Of a DNA stretch of 50,509 bases, positions 38,801 to 48,623 are shown one piece after another. Source of the stretch: an uncultured archaeon (GTDB lineage Archaea; Asgardarchaeota; Lokiarchaeia; Sigyniarchaeales; SOKP01); the NCBI GenBank assembly GCA_964525635.1, contig CAZGJX010000015.1, positions 1 to 50,509 of the forward strand, written 5' to 3'. The position numbers were made by a program, and so were the translations under genes. The notes below the pieces were generated by a model, which was given only the letters and a program-made list of their open reading frames with translations, was not told where the DNA came from and did not search any database. Positions within the stretch are counted from its first letter, which is position 1. Every line of letters starts with the position of its first letter.

Positions 38801-40689
38801 GCATCATATTTTTCATGATTCTCCATGTAATAGCTATTGAAAAATTGGTTAATTTCCTGTTTGCTAAGATAGGTGAAATATCTATTTCTCATATAGGAGA
38901 TTACTGTTCTAATATTTGCTGTTTTCAGATATAATATCAATAATTTCGATAATTTTGTCTTTGCATCTTCTATTCCAAAGGATACAAAGTGTTTAAGGAG
39001 GTTAATTTGGGATTCTGATATTTTTTTCTCATCAAATTCAATTCCCCCATAAATTTCAAAAATCTCATCTTTCTTAAAATAGGTAAAATCTCCTCTTGAA
39101 ATCGATTTTAAGAGGTCAGAAATATTTTTTTGCTTAATTTGATCTTTGACAAGCTCATGATATAATACATTTGCCCCTTCAATACCCTGCTTTGCAAAGG
39201 TATTGGTAATGGAAAGTTTAAGATCTTCAAGTGTTGCGCCTCTTATCTTTTCTGATATCGAATCAAAAATGGATTGTAAGTCTTCTTTAGAAAAATATGG
39301 AATATAAATGTTGGATAAATACCTACTCATCTGATAAATCGAGCTATCTACAATTTTCTCCTTAAGATATATCCTTAACTTTGCTTTTGCTTTTTTACTT
39401 CCTAATTTGGTAAATTCGGTAAGATTCTGAAGGTCCAGAGTGGGAAAATCGTCGAAAATGTCATCAATTTCCTGCCCAGATAAATATTGTAAATATTTTT
39501 GAGCTCTCAGGTAACTAATTACCGTGTGGTGTCCGCTTGACAGACGCTTTACAACTTCATACTTAAATACCTGTTTAGCTTTTGGATCTCCAACCTCAGT
39601 CAACCGCTTAAGGAGGGGAAAGGCGAGATTTCTGTGTAAAATACGGGTATCATATTCATTCTCAACCCATGCCTGTAAATTTGAGCAATGTCCCCAGAAC
39701 TCAACTTCAGGGGAGATCGGTCTGAACACTCCCTCATGACCTTCCATTGATCTATCAAGACGTTCCGCAGCCTCATCGATGGAATCAATTTGCCTATACT
39801 CTCGAATTCTGCTCTTGGGTATGTTCAATAAAAGGTATTTGCATTGGTTAAAAAGTCGATTGTTTACATAGATATTGGTTCTGTTTCCAACCAACTTTAG
39901 AGTTATATATTTATTAATCCGAAATGTTCCCTCTAATTCTTTTCTTAAATGCTCGAAAAAACATCCGCTGTTTTGAATGATATATACAGTATCATTGTAA
40001 AGCTCTTGATCTTCTCCTTTCAATGCTCCTGTAAGGAGATTTTCAATCATGAGTAGAGTTGGATTGGTCTCAGAATCATTTTCTTCATAATAGGATTTGG
40101 AAATAACTTGCTCTAAATCGCTGAAATAAGTGAGAAAATTGATAAATGCTTTTTTTGGAAGAGATTTTGCTATGAATTTCACCAGAATATCAAATGTATA
40201 GGCAGAAGTGCTAAGAATCTGCTGTTCTATTTCCGATAAATCGTCTTCTAATTGTGAATCTAGTGTAGTGTTATTAAATTTATGAAGTATGGAAAGAATT
40301 TCTTCTACCTGCAAATAATTCATTAAACTATTGAGAATCGAGATGAGCTCTTCAATTGACGTAAATTCGATTTGATAATCCTCTTCTCTAAGGAATTGTT
40401 CTAAAAGGGTGCTCTCAACACCTCCACTTTCCTCTATGAGCTTCAATTCATTTATTTTTAGATTTCCATCAACGTCTATAATATTTTCTTTTAACTGAAG
40501 CTTTAATTCTTCTATTTGTGTTAAGTCTTGAGATGTAAATTCCTCATTCTGCTCTGATGAGGGAATGGGCTGTGTCTTATCTTCCTGTTCTTTCTTAGAT
40601 GGGATGTTACTTTTGTGAAATTGTGAATTTAGATGACTTGGTGAGCTTGGATTTTTGAGCTTTTTTCCACATATAGGGCATTCAGGCAA
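35848..40689 (-). CDS. Large multidomain protein: C2H2-like Zn finger, FWGHCSN domain, helical repeats, LRRs, two SWIM-like Zn fingers
   Basis: 'CPICGKKL...HLNSQFH'; 'FWGHCSNLQAW'; LxxLxLxxNxL repeats; 'CECVIGSNQGFCSH'; 'CTCPHHLYRGAICKH'. Confidence 0.82.
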   Translation of the reverse strand: MPECPICGKKLKNPSSPSHLNSQFHKSNIPSKKEQEDKTQPIPSSEQNEEFTSQDLTQIEELKLQLKENIIDVDGNLKINELKLIEESGGVESTLLEQFLREEDYQIEFTSIEELISILNSLMNYLQVEEILSILHKFNNTTLDSQLEDDLSEIEQQILSTSAYTFDILVKFIAKSLPKKAFINFLTYFSDLEQVISKSYYEENDSETNPTLLMIENLLTGALKGEDQELYNDTVYIIQNSGCFFEHLRKELEGTFRINKYITLKLVGNRTNIYVNNRLFNQCKYLLLNIPKSRIREYRQIDSIDEAAERLDRSMEGHEGVFRPISPEVEFWGHCSNLQAWVENEYDTRILHRNLAFPLLKRLTEVGDPKAKQVFKYEVVKRLSSGHHTVISYLRAQKYLQYLSGQEIDDIFDDFPTLDLQNLTEFTKLGSKKAKAKLRIYLKEKIVDSSIYQMSRYLSNIYIPYFSKEDLQSIFDSISEKIRGATLEDLKLSITNTFAKQGIEGANVLYHELVKDQIKQKNISDLLKSISRGDFTYFKKDEIFEIYGGIEFDEKKISESQINLLKHFVSFGIEDAKTKLSKLLILYLKTANIRTVISYMRNRYFTYLSKQEINQFFNSYYMENHEKYDAYTKLIVLQLFEREGISEAKSLFKQVLLTSSELLNIFNLEQIMRNRYLSSLTDSEKQQFFKKIDYNKLFNENFNRAEAIIRNLAQHGFHRKEELIREKIIEIFTNPTTSTLPNILHSRYRTYYSEKDLEQIISLPDSALVEVCFTLLAGKDYNIRNKIANFLKKIRALSQDIVSNRLITAIRTASVNSLCNLMRAKYIDLLTEDEKTELLNDPSCHLREFIVSYNGKEYHVDSNLGLNLSRKRITDLTQVKGLERLTSLKTLDIRGNNLTKIAGIGNLTHLEKLRLRGNNIPQELISHLGGVDRYDNALSPQKFVEYSRKVDKGELEHVIVKNKKIEVYSNDLVLRNLGIEKIEDIKGLLTLKDLRMLDLSHNNLKNIVGIEKLINLKILNLNHNQLEDIKGIERLKNLEELHLYGNGIFELSQKDKLKHLVILDLDTRRTMNDGSYLQCLFQSLNMENIKEICREYKISGYSRYNRQRLLEYTINRLSNEQKRLLIANLEYQIITEGVERAFKKINNEDSEYIKSIEIEQKKEDNFDIKITFSRLNWETTTKISVIEKNILFPRKYCECVIGSNQGFCSHFWVGFIFCLKSGYLSLSDWTMTLIPKNFEERLNLIDIITTESGEKRLINKNSDTSFLVEHLNTLVYVHSATLSIFEKRQYTWKGKIITYYLNQLQNVVIDTSEIKSKNAKKLKTLHVYFNENAYNLYQLQEGTKIKVSGQVTFDSYSGFLLKNIAILEVEKVKGEKSQKADSTISSDSEQAQLNHERIKIDLNTLKDDLEGGWWLHLSCTEFILVEKIPVIEGYLVNKDDILIHKAIIPDDRFPSIRYHKITAQGTEIISNNTVKDLLARNVINYLKNTERMPPNCSIVKEFKNGNVQVNYYPSTNQHFALKIIKNMEGIGNPIEFLKKARKTITSQQELVISVHAPNTGAQNQWFIESHSDPNKKYTVTLHSTGAWSCTCPHHLYRGAICKHIFEAQRQARG

Positions 40690-40841
40690 TTATTACCATC
40701 CCCTTGGATTAAACATAAGGTTTTTTTTTATTTTTCTTTTTTTTTGTCTTTATTTATTAATATTGGTCTAATCTTTTTTTTATTGTGTTGATGGAATCTT
40801 TCATATATATGTTATAGGTCTTCAGCAATTTTTTAATCCAA

Positions 40842-41390
40842 TTATTTCTTTTTTCTCCATAAAAACTTATGAGAATTGATTGTTAAAGTCTTATTTTGCT
40901 CATTCTGACCATTTCCATCAAAATCTTTGCATAACTCAACCATATTAATTGTATTATACCCACACTTATCTAAGAAATGGATTACATTATCATTCTGCGG
41001 ATGAATCCATAAATATAGAGTCTTCTGACCAGAACTTTTTACTATCTCCTCTGCTTTTCTCACCATGGCTTTCCCAATACCTTTTCTTCTGAATTCAGGT
41101 CGAACATACATTAATTCTAACCAAGATACCTCATCCTCATTCTTAATTACCATAAATCCTATAATTCCTTCCTCTTGCTCTAACTCTGGTAATTTAGCAA
41201 CCCAAATGTGAAATCGCTTATCGGTAAAATATTGCTCCAGCTCGGAGGTTGCCGAAGAAATATCTAACTTCTGATCTATATTAAAAAGACTTCCAAAATA
41301 TACTCTTAGTTCAGCAAGTAAAATAACTACAACCTGCTTTCTAAGGGTGTTAAATTTCTCTATTTTTACGTGTAATTTGCTCACCTCCAA
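40842..41390 (-). CDS. GNAT-family acetyltransferase
   Basis: 'MYVRPEFRRKGIGKAM', 'N..VIHFLDKCGY'; start uncertain. Confidence 0.85.
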   Translation of the reverse strand: MEVSKLHVKIEKFNTLRKQVVVILLAELRVYFGSLFNIDQKLDISSATSELEQYFTDKRFHIWVAKLPELEQEEGIIGFMVIKNEDEVSWLELMYVRPEFRRKGIGKAMVRKAEEIVKSSGQKTLYLWIHPQNDNVIHFLDKCGYNTINMVELCKDFDGNGQNEQNKTLTINSHKFLWRKKK

Positions 41391-42177
41391 TCTCTTCTAA
41401 ATCGAAACACATCTCAACCGCAAGCCAAAAATACCTCTCAAGGGTGTCTATTGAGAAATGCTCACCTTTTATCCATTGATCACCATCGAAAAAATCACTC
41501 CCAAGCAAAAAATAGCCAAGGTTCACCTGCCTGAATTTAGCAGCGGAAACTAAGGCTGAGGCTTCCATCTCGACTGCGATTGCCCCTTCAGACTTGTGCG
41601 AATTTACCCTTGCAATAGTCTCTCGATAAAATGCATCGGTTGTCCATGTCTTACCCTCTGAGAACTTAATTCTATTAACTTTAAGGTGGTTCTTAACAAT
41701 TGCCTGAACGTCTTTATTTAGCTCTACTTCCCGACTGGGTGCTATATAATGATATGACGTTCCCTCGTCCCGAATCGCTGAGCTTGGAACAATAACTTCA
41801 CGCTCTGGATTCTTCCAAAAGAGGCATCCAGATGAGCCAAATACAATAAAGTCTCTGCATCCCATTGCAATCGCATATTCTAGATTCCCAACTGCCCAAG
41901 GTGAAGTAAATCCAGGAGTCATCACAGCAAATTTTTTGTTGTAATATTTTCCCTCATATATAATATTGGGATCAGTTACCTTTGATTTCTGCTGTGAAAT
42001 TGCCTTTAAAATTTCAATTCCCTCAAGATATCGGATTAAATCTAAGAAGTAGGGAATAATACAGAATTTGGGAGGCTTTGCATATTCTATGAAAAAGTTG
42101 GGGGATATCATACCAGTATTTGTCGGATCAAATTCTAATATTGGGTACTCTTTCTTTTCAAGTCTTTCATCAAACAT
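41350..42177 (-). CDS. Nucleoside phosphorylase (PNP/UDP family)
   Basis: 'GSSG', 'AIRDEGTSYHY', 'TWTTDAFYRET', 'AVEMEASA'; ATG 42177 preferred. Confidence 0.9.
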   Translation of the reverse strand: MFDERLEKKEYPILEFDPTNTGMISPNFFIEYAKPPKFCIIPYFLDLIRYLEGIEILKAISQQKSKVTDPNIIYEGKYYNKKFAVMTPGFTSPWAVGNLEYAIAMGCRDFIVFGSSGCLFWKNPEREVIVPSSAIRDEGTSYHYIAPSREVELNKDVQAIVKNHLKVNRIKFSEGKTWTTDAFYRETIARVNSHKSEGAIAVEMEASALVSAAKFRQVNLGYFLLGSDFFDGDQWIKGEHFSIDTLERYFWLAVEMCFDLEEIGGEQITRKNREI

Positions 42178-42487
42178 AATCAAAGATGAGTATAGATTAA
42201 TACTTATAAAGAAAAAATTAAAACCAAAAAAATCACATAAGTCTTTTCTCTTTAAATAAATAGAACAATAATTATTATTAAAAAGCATTATTTTACTGAT
42301 TTTATGTAATGGGATTCGAATCACCCTTAAAAAAGAATTAAACATCTTGGGAATTCAAGAAGTAGATGAAAGGTGAAATTAAAAATTAAGAAATTATGCT
42401 GAATCTCGATTTTTCTTTTAAATAAAATAAAGAGTATATAACAATATATTAACAAAATATTATAAAATAAAAATTAATAAAGACAAA

Positions 42488-43543
42488 ATGAAGACATATA
42501 AATCTATACTCTTAATCATAATAATTTCATTAATTCCTTTTTTATTAACAGGGCTATTTCCATTAACTATTTATAATCAAATGAAAGTAGATGAGACCTC
42601 ATATGGAACGACGAGCTCTTTTATAATACCAGCAAACTATTGGAAGATCTATTTAAAAAAAGGAGAAGACTATACTATTCAAGTATGGGACCCTGATATA
42701 ACGGACTATGTTGTTAGAATAGGTAATTCACCTTATATGATCACTGGTAAAAAAATTGATGGTGATGGCTCTGGAGTATATAAAGAAATTATGGTCTTTC
42801 AACCATCTCGAACGGGAGATCATTATATTCAAGTAATAAATAAAGATAACACATATGGTTCATTTGAAATAACCATTAGATTAGGAGTTGTTGGTACGCA
42901 CATAGGACAACCTGAAGATTTCTTTGGTGTTGGCTGTCTATTAGTCTTAATATCACCTAGTCTAATATTTTTTTTAATCGGAATTTCTGTATTTTTAATG
43001 AAAAGAAAAAGGAAAAAAAAGGAAAGCTCGTATCAGAAGACAGAGCTCAATGGGAATGTTCATAAGAAAGAGGATAAGGTGGAACCAACTATTAAAGAAC
43101 GAAATGAAGTTCAAGAATCCCAAGAACCTCAAATAGACTCAGAAGACTTTACAGGTAAAAAGAAAATAAAATGGGAAAATGCATTATATACAAAGAAATC
43201 TGTAATATTTGCTTATCTTACAATTATTTTTCCATTTATAGCTATAATCCTTTATTACTTAAGTTGGGACCAATCTCGACTAAGCGTTAATTGGGAAGAT
43301 GGAGAATGGAATTACCAAATATTTCCTATTTCATTACTCAGTGCAATAGTTTGCCATATAATGATCCTAGTGTCAGCATATCTATCACAAGAATTTTACA
43401 ATTTAGCAGTTCAATTTAAAGAACCACCATATAAATATGATAAATTAATAATTGAAATTGAAAGAATAGCAGTTATTGGTGCGGGTATTACTCTTTTAAT
43501 AGTCTTATTTCTAAGCTGGCAATTTCAAGGATTTATAAACTAA
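42488..43543 (+). CDS. Membrane protein with extracellular beta-sandwich (PPC-like) domain
   Basis: Signal/TM, 'LKKGEDYTIQV...TGDHYIQV', further TM helices. Confidence 0.65.
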   Translation: MKTYKSILLIIIISLIPFLLTGLFPLTIYNQMKVDETSYGTTSSFIIPANYWKIYLKKGEDYTIQVWDPDITDYVVRIGNSPYMITGKKIDGDGSGVYKEIMVFQPSRTGDHYIQVINKDNTYGSFEITIRLGVVGTHIGQPEDFFGVGCLLVLISPSLIFFLIGISVFLMKRKRKKKESSYQKTELNGNVHKKEDKVEPTIKERNEVQESQEPQIDSEDFTGKKKIKWENALYTKKSVIFAYLTIIFPFIAIILYYLSWDQSRLSVNWEDGEWNYQIFPISLLSAIVCHIMILVSAYLSQEFYNLAVQFKEPPYKYDKLIIEIERIAVIGAGITLLIVLFLSWQFQGFIN

Positions 43544-43633
43544 AATATTTTTTGTATTAAAAATTTTTTTTTCTTTAAATAAAACAGTTTTTTATTCTCA
43601 ATAAATAAAATTTCAATCAATACTTTACCTAAA

Positions 43634-44845
43634 ATGTCTGAAAAGGATTTAGAGACTCTTATTTTCAAAATCGCACTTGATAATGCCCTAAATTATGGAG
43701 GAAAGACAAGGGAAAAAAATATACTTTCAAAATTAATGGGATTATTGCATGAAAAAGAAAAATCAATCCATGAGTATATTAAAATTATTAAAAAAGTAGT
43801 TGAGAAAGTCAATTCAATGGGATTAGAAAAACAAAAGGAATTATTAAATTCTATCTTAAAGACTCCTATCGATATTCTTATAAAAGAGAAGGAAACTAAG
43901 GATGGCTGGTCATATCCACTTCCTCCATTGGAGGATATTGATAACGAAATTGTGGTGACTCGATTTCCACCTGAACCAAATGGATATCTACATCTTGGAC
44001 ATGCGAAAGCTGCCATTATTGATTATAGTTATGCACAATTTTATAATGGTAAATTTATTCTAAGGTTTGATGATACAAATCCTTTGAATGAGAAAATTGA
44101 ATTTTATGAAATCCAGAAAAAAGATTTAAAATGGCTGGGTATTAAGTGGGATGAGGAATATCGAACATCAGACAATTTATTAAATCATTACAAATATGCG
44201 ATCCAATTAATCTCAGAAGATCATGCATATATATGTGATTGCCCTCACGCAAATATAAAAAAGAACCGATATGAAGGAAAAGAATGCCAATGTCGAAATA
44301 ATTCTGTAAGTACAAATTTAAGAAAATGGGATGATATGCAAAATTCTACTCCACAATCTATGATATTGAGATTTAAAGGAGACATGAACTCACAGAATTC
44401 TGCTTATAAAGATCCAACACTATTTAGAATATTAGATGTGGAAAATAATCCACATCCAATTCATAAAAATAGATTCTCTGTGTGGCCTACTTATGATATG
44501 TATGCTTGCATAGAAGATAGTACAAGTGGAGTGACTCATCCATTCAGAACTAAGGAATATGAACTAAGGGATAGGATCTATTTTTCAATTCTAAAATCAT
44601 TAAAATTAAGGATTCCAAAACTATCATCCTTTTCAAGATTGAATATGAAGGGTGCGCCAACTTCAAAAAGGAAAATAAAAGATTTAATAGAGAGAAATAT
44701 TGTTAAGGGATGGGATGACCCAAGACTATTTACATTAATAGCATTGAGACGACGTGGAATAAAACCTGATGCTATAAAGAAATTTATTTATAATATTGGT
44801 TGCTCTACTACTGAATCACTTTTTAAAATTGAACTTTTATCGTAA
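43634..44845 (+). CDS. gltX: Glutamyl-tRNA synthetase, archaeal type, C-terminally truncated (catalytic domain only)
   Basis: 'VVTRFPPEPNGYLHLGHAK', 'LRFDDTNP', 'WPTYD', 'GVTH..RTKE', 'TSKRK', 'GWDDPRL.TL..LRRRGI'; stop at 403 aa. Confidence 0.85.
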   Translation: MSEKDLETLIFKIALDNALNYGGKTREKNILSKLMGLLHEKEKSIHEYIKIIKKVVEKVNSMGLEKQKELLNSILKTPIDILIKEKETKDGWSYPLPPLEDIDNEIVVTRFPPEPNGYLHLGHAKAAIIDYSYAQFYNGKFILRFDDTNPLNEKIEFYEIQKKDLKWLGIKWDEEYRTSDNLLNHYKYAIQLISEDHAYICDCPHANIKKNRYEGKECQCRNNSVSTNLRKWDDMQNSTPQSMILRFKGDMNSQNSAYKDPTLFRILDVENNPHPIHKNRFSVWPTYDMYACIEDSTSGVTHPFRTKEYELRDRIYFSILKSLKLRIPKLSSFSRLNMKGAPTSKRKIKDLIERNIVKGWDDPRLFTLIALRRRGIKPDAIKKFIYNIGCSTTESLFKIELLS

Positions 44846-45341
44846 TATTTTGCCATCTACTTCAAGACAAAAATTTATTGATTTATTTGGAGAGAGAGGT
44901 ACATCATTAACATTCAAAATTGAAAAAGAGGGAAGCGAAATTAAAAATAAAGATGAATTTAATAGGTTCATCGCAAGTATAGCTTTCTATATGGTAGCGT
45001 TCAATTCTATTGTGTTAATCAGAGAAGGCAATAGACAAAGTAGACTTAATTACAATTACGGCTTGTTTGCTTCTCAAAATCAGTTGTTTGGTAATGAATA
45101 CATTACTGGTTTGGGATCTCATACTTTTTCTCGTAGATTTGCTCTTAGTCCAACGGGTGAAGACATCTATAATACTTGGAAAGATATATGGAATAGACAA
45201 GATAATAAAAAAAATGGAAAGATAGTGTGGAATTACGAAGATTGCTGGCCAATACATTTATTTAAAGATGAGCGGATATTAATTGACAAGTTTATTGAAA
45301 AGTTTAATTTAGGAGGAAGTGGTATCGATAAGCTAATTTAG
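44796..45341 (+). CDS. Hypothetical protein, probably a 3' fragment of an unrelated gene
   Basis: Coding-like open frame from about 44841; no clear start; no resemblance to a GluRS C-terminus. Confidence 0.4.
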   Translation: MVALLLNHFLKLNFYRNILPSTSRQKFIDLFGERGTSLTFKIEKEGSEIKNKDEFNRFIASIAFYMVAFNSIVLIREGNRQSRLNYNYGLFASQNQLFGNEYITGLGSHTFSRRFALSPTGEDIYNTWKDIWNRQDNKKNGKIVWNYEDCWPIHLFKDERILIDKFIEKFNLGGSGIDKLI

Positions 45342-47038
45342 GTTCTCTGGTTTAATATCAATTGAAAGGTATTCATGAGAATAAAATAAACTTAATGACT
45401 CTGGATATTTTATAAATAAATTTCCTTTAAGATGTAAAGTTCTAAGATTTTTTAATTTATAAAAACCTTTTGGTAAATCCTTTAATTTATTATTATAAAT
45501 AGATAATGCATCCAATGAAGTAAGATCACATATTGACTCTGGAAGACTTTCTATTTGATTTTCTCCTAATTGTAAATACTTTAGTTTTGTCAGAAGATTT
45601 ATCGAATTTGGGATAGATTTAAGGTTGTTCTCCCTTAAATAGAGAATTTTTAATTTGGAAAGAATTAATAACTCAGTTGGAAATATATCAAGTTTATTTC
45701 GATATAACCATAATTCTGTTAAATTTTTTAGAGAGCTAATCTCCTTAGGGATTTTCCTTAATTGATTATTATTCAAATTTAAAGATTCTAAGGATGTAAG
45801 TTTTAATAATGTCATAGGAAAATCTTTAATCCCAGACTCTCCAAATTAATTTTCATGATTTTGCCATCCTTAATCGTAATCTTAAATAATAATTCTTCAA
45901 GCGGAAATGAAAGCTCTCGTGAAAGATTTATTAATTTATTTAATTCATCTTTGTCTAACTTGAGTTTTTTCATCTTTATCAGTACTTCTGGTACCCCTTT
46001 AAATTCATTTTCTGATATATTTAAATCATTTAGATTTTTTAGTCTTATAAAGCAATCTGGTAATTTTTTTAATCTATTTCCAGAAAGGGATAGTTCTCGT
46101 AATTTAATAATTTCACAGATCGATTCAGGAATCTTTTTAATCCTATTGCCAGCTAAGCTTAATTCTTCTAAATTCCTTAATTTGTCAATTTGTCTTGGAA
46201 GATATCGAAGTCTATTAGAACTTAATAATAATTTCGTTAAAGATTCCAATAGACAAATCGATGATGGAATATAATAGATTTCATTACTTTCCAATTCTAA
46301 TATTTTAAGCTTTTTTAGTTTAAATATCCTTAATGGAACTTTCCTAATCCAATTACTCCTTAGATTAAGCACCTCCAAAAATTTAAATTTCAACACCGAT
46401 TTCGGAAATTCCTCTAATTCAGACCTAGATAAGTCAAGCTCAACCACCCTTTTATTCTCTATTTCCGTCGATGCTATTACACTCTCCAAGGAAAAAGATA
46501 TCTCCTCCGATAGCTCGATTAAGACATTAATATCATCCATATCAATGGTCATGGTTAACCACTCGTCAAAAGGGATTAACTTCAAATATCCCTCCCTATA
46601 CAAGAACTCTCTTGTCGAAGGGGTACCGCTCTTATATCGCCTTTTGACCTCTTCTGTTAAGACCTCCTTCGCTAACGGTTCTCCTACCTCCATGAGTCTC
46701 CTCAATAAGGGAAAGGAAAGATTACTATGAAGTAAATTTGGGTTATAATCGTGCTCAACCCATGCCTGTAAGTTCGAGCAATGCCCCCAAAATTCGACCT
46801 CAGGAGGAATTTCTATCTCTTTTGTCTCTTCGTGCTCCTGAGACTTGTCTAAAAGCTCGGTTGCCTCGTCGATCGATTCAATATGTGCGAATCTGTGCAA
46901 ATCGTCAACGGGAATAGATAAGAGAAGGTATTTACAATGCCTAAATGGGCTACCCCCTACAAAAATTATGATCTCATTGTCATACAGGCGAATTTCTATA
47001 TACTCATTCACACGAAAGATTTGCTTGAGCATTTCCAT
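45333..47038 (-). pseudogene. FWGHCSN-domain + leucine-rich-repeat protein, frameshifted (ORFs 45812-47038 and 45333-45815)
   Basis: Adding one A at 45825-45827 gives 'LESLGLKDFPMTLLKLTSLESLNL', restoring LRR periodicity. Confidence 0.75.
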
Positions 47039-47564
47039 CCCTAAATTAATATGATCTATGATAATATATATCCAATAGTATTTAAACTCAATCTATTATA
47101 AATCGAAAAAAGTATAAATATTAAATTTTTTGATTTTTAAAGAATATTTTTAATGAAAATTTGTTGCCCAGTCCGCTAAAAGGCTAAGAAAATCTACCAG
47201 ACTTGCTTAACCGCTGTCTTTGCCAACCTCCCAGCAAATATTTTAATAGCTAATTCCTTATCGATTTTACAATACAGATTCAGAAAAATATTATTGAAAA
47301 GACAGCTATTATGAAATGATTTGCCGAATTATTGAAATTTTGGATGCGTCCTGAGGTTATAGAGACCGTAGGGAAGGATTTAGGAGTCGAGACTTATGCT
47401 GAAAACAATAGAATCATCGAAATCCTAGTTATTCCATTATATGTCAGTTTCCTTGTTTTCAAGACGAGTAATGGCATGGAATTACCTTTTAACAAGAAAA
47501 AGAGGTGGCTTAGGCGAGTTAACGGATTGAGAAAAGTGAATAAGACTCTTAAATTACTTGGATA

Positions 47565-48545
47565 TTACTTGATTTTTCTCGATGAATCGCCATCTTTTAA
47601 TGCTAAAATTAAAGAATGAATTACTATACTGAAAAGTATACTAAGTTTATATAATTTGCTAATAATGTCGACTTTTTTTATAAATCGATAATTTATATAG
47701 ATATTAGAACATATTAAAAGAGTTAAAATTGAGTAGTATAATATTGAATTGAAAAAAAATATATTACAAAATAATAAGCTAAATATTAAAATAAAAGGAA
47801 AAATCATAAATTGAACATAATACCAAATTGAATTTCTGCTGAATAGAGGTTCTGGTTGAAAATATTGACTCATCTTGTGAATATATGCAATTTTGGAATA
47901 TGATTTTCCATATTGCATATATTTTTTAATATTTTGAATGGTATTTCTTTTATTATAATGATAAACAGTTCCTCTTGGTATATAAATTAATTTAAAACCT
48001 TTTTTTAACAATCTCCATGAAAATTCTACATCTTCAATTCTATAATTTAGGAAACCACCTGTTTCTTTCCATAAATCTTTCTTAAATATCATATTACTCG
48101 TGTTAAGAAAATTAACTGGAGATTCTTTTTTTATAATTTTTTGAGTATCTAAATTTAATGGATATAATTTCATTTCTTTTTTATCCGAATATATAACTTT
48201 TCCACCAACCATGTCATATTTTTTTAAAAATGGAACTAGATCCCTTAACCAATTCCTTGAAACGATGCAATCGGAATCCGTTAGGGCAATTATATTATTT
48301 TTAGCATTTTTTATACCTATATTTCTAGCTGTTGCTGATCCAACAGATTTTTCAAGTAATATTGCCTTAATCTTATAATTATTTAATATTTTTTTTGTAT
48401 TATCGGTTGAACAATCATCTACAATTACAATTTCATAATTTGAATAATTTAATTTTAATAAATTCTCTATTAAATTTGATAGAATAAAACCTCTATTTTT
48501 TATTGGGATAACTATTGATATTGGATCAAGACTCAAAATAATCAA
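47565..48545 (-). CDS. Glycosyltransferase family 2 with C-terminal TM helices
   Basis: 'IVIPIKN', 'VDDCSTD', 'ARNIG', 'TDSD', 'GGF', 'EDVEFSWR'. Confidence 0.88.
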   Translation of the reverse strand: MIILSLDPISIVIPIKNRGFILSNLIENLLKLNYSNYEIVIVDDCSTDNTKKILNNYKIKAILLEKSVGSATARNIGIKNAKNNIIALTDSDCIVSRNWLRDLVPFLKKYDMVGGKVIYSDKKEMKLYPLNLDTQKIIKKESPVNFLNTSNMIFKKDLWKETGGFLNYRIEDVEFSWRLLKKGFKLIYIPRGTVYHYNKRNTIQNIKKYMQYGKSYSKIAYIHKMSQYFQPEPLFSRNSIWYYVQFMIFPFILIFSLLFCNIFFFNSILYYSILTLLICSNIYINYRFIKKVDIISKLYKLSILFSIVIHSLILALKDGDSSRKIK

Positions 48546-48623
48546 TTTTTTTAATACTCAAATTCAATATTATATTGAATATTGTATATATTTTAATCTT
48601 CTCTAGCGGAACTCAAATAAATT

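Noticed and set aside
37148-39788. Small ORFs overlapping the 1613-aa gene (also 45855-47054, 7075-8198, 43693-44016)
   Set aside because: Antisense or alternate-frame shadows of well-supported genes.
42178-42345. N-terminal extension of the nucleoside phosphorylase ORF
   Set aside because: AT-rich, non-protein-like; the family-typical sequence starts near ATG 42177.
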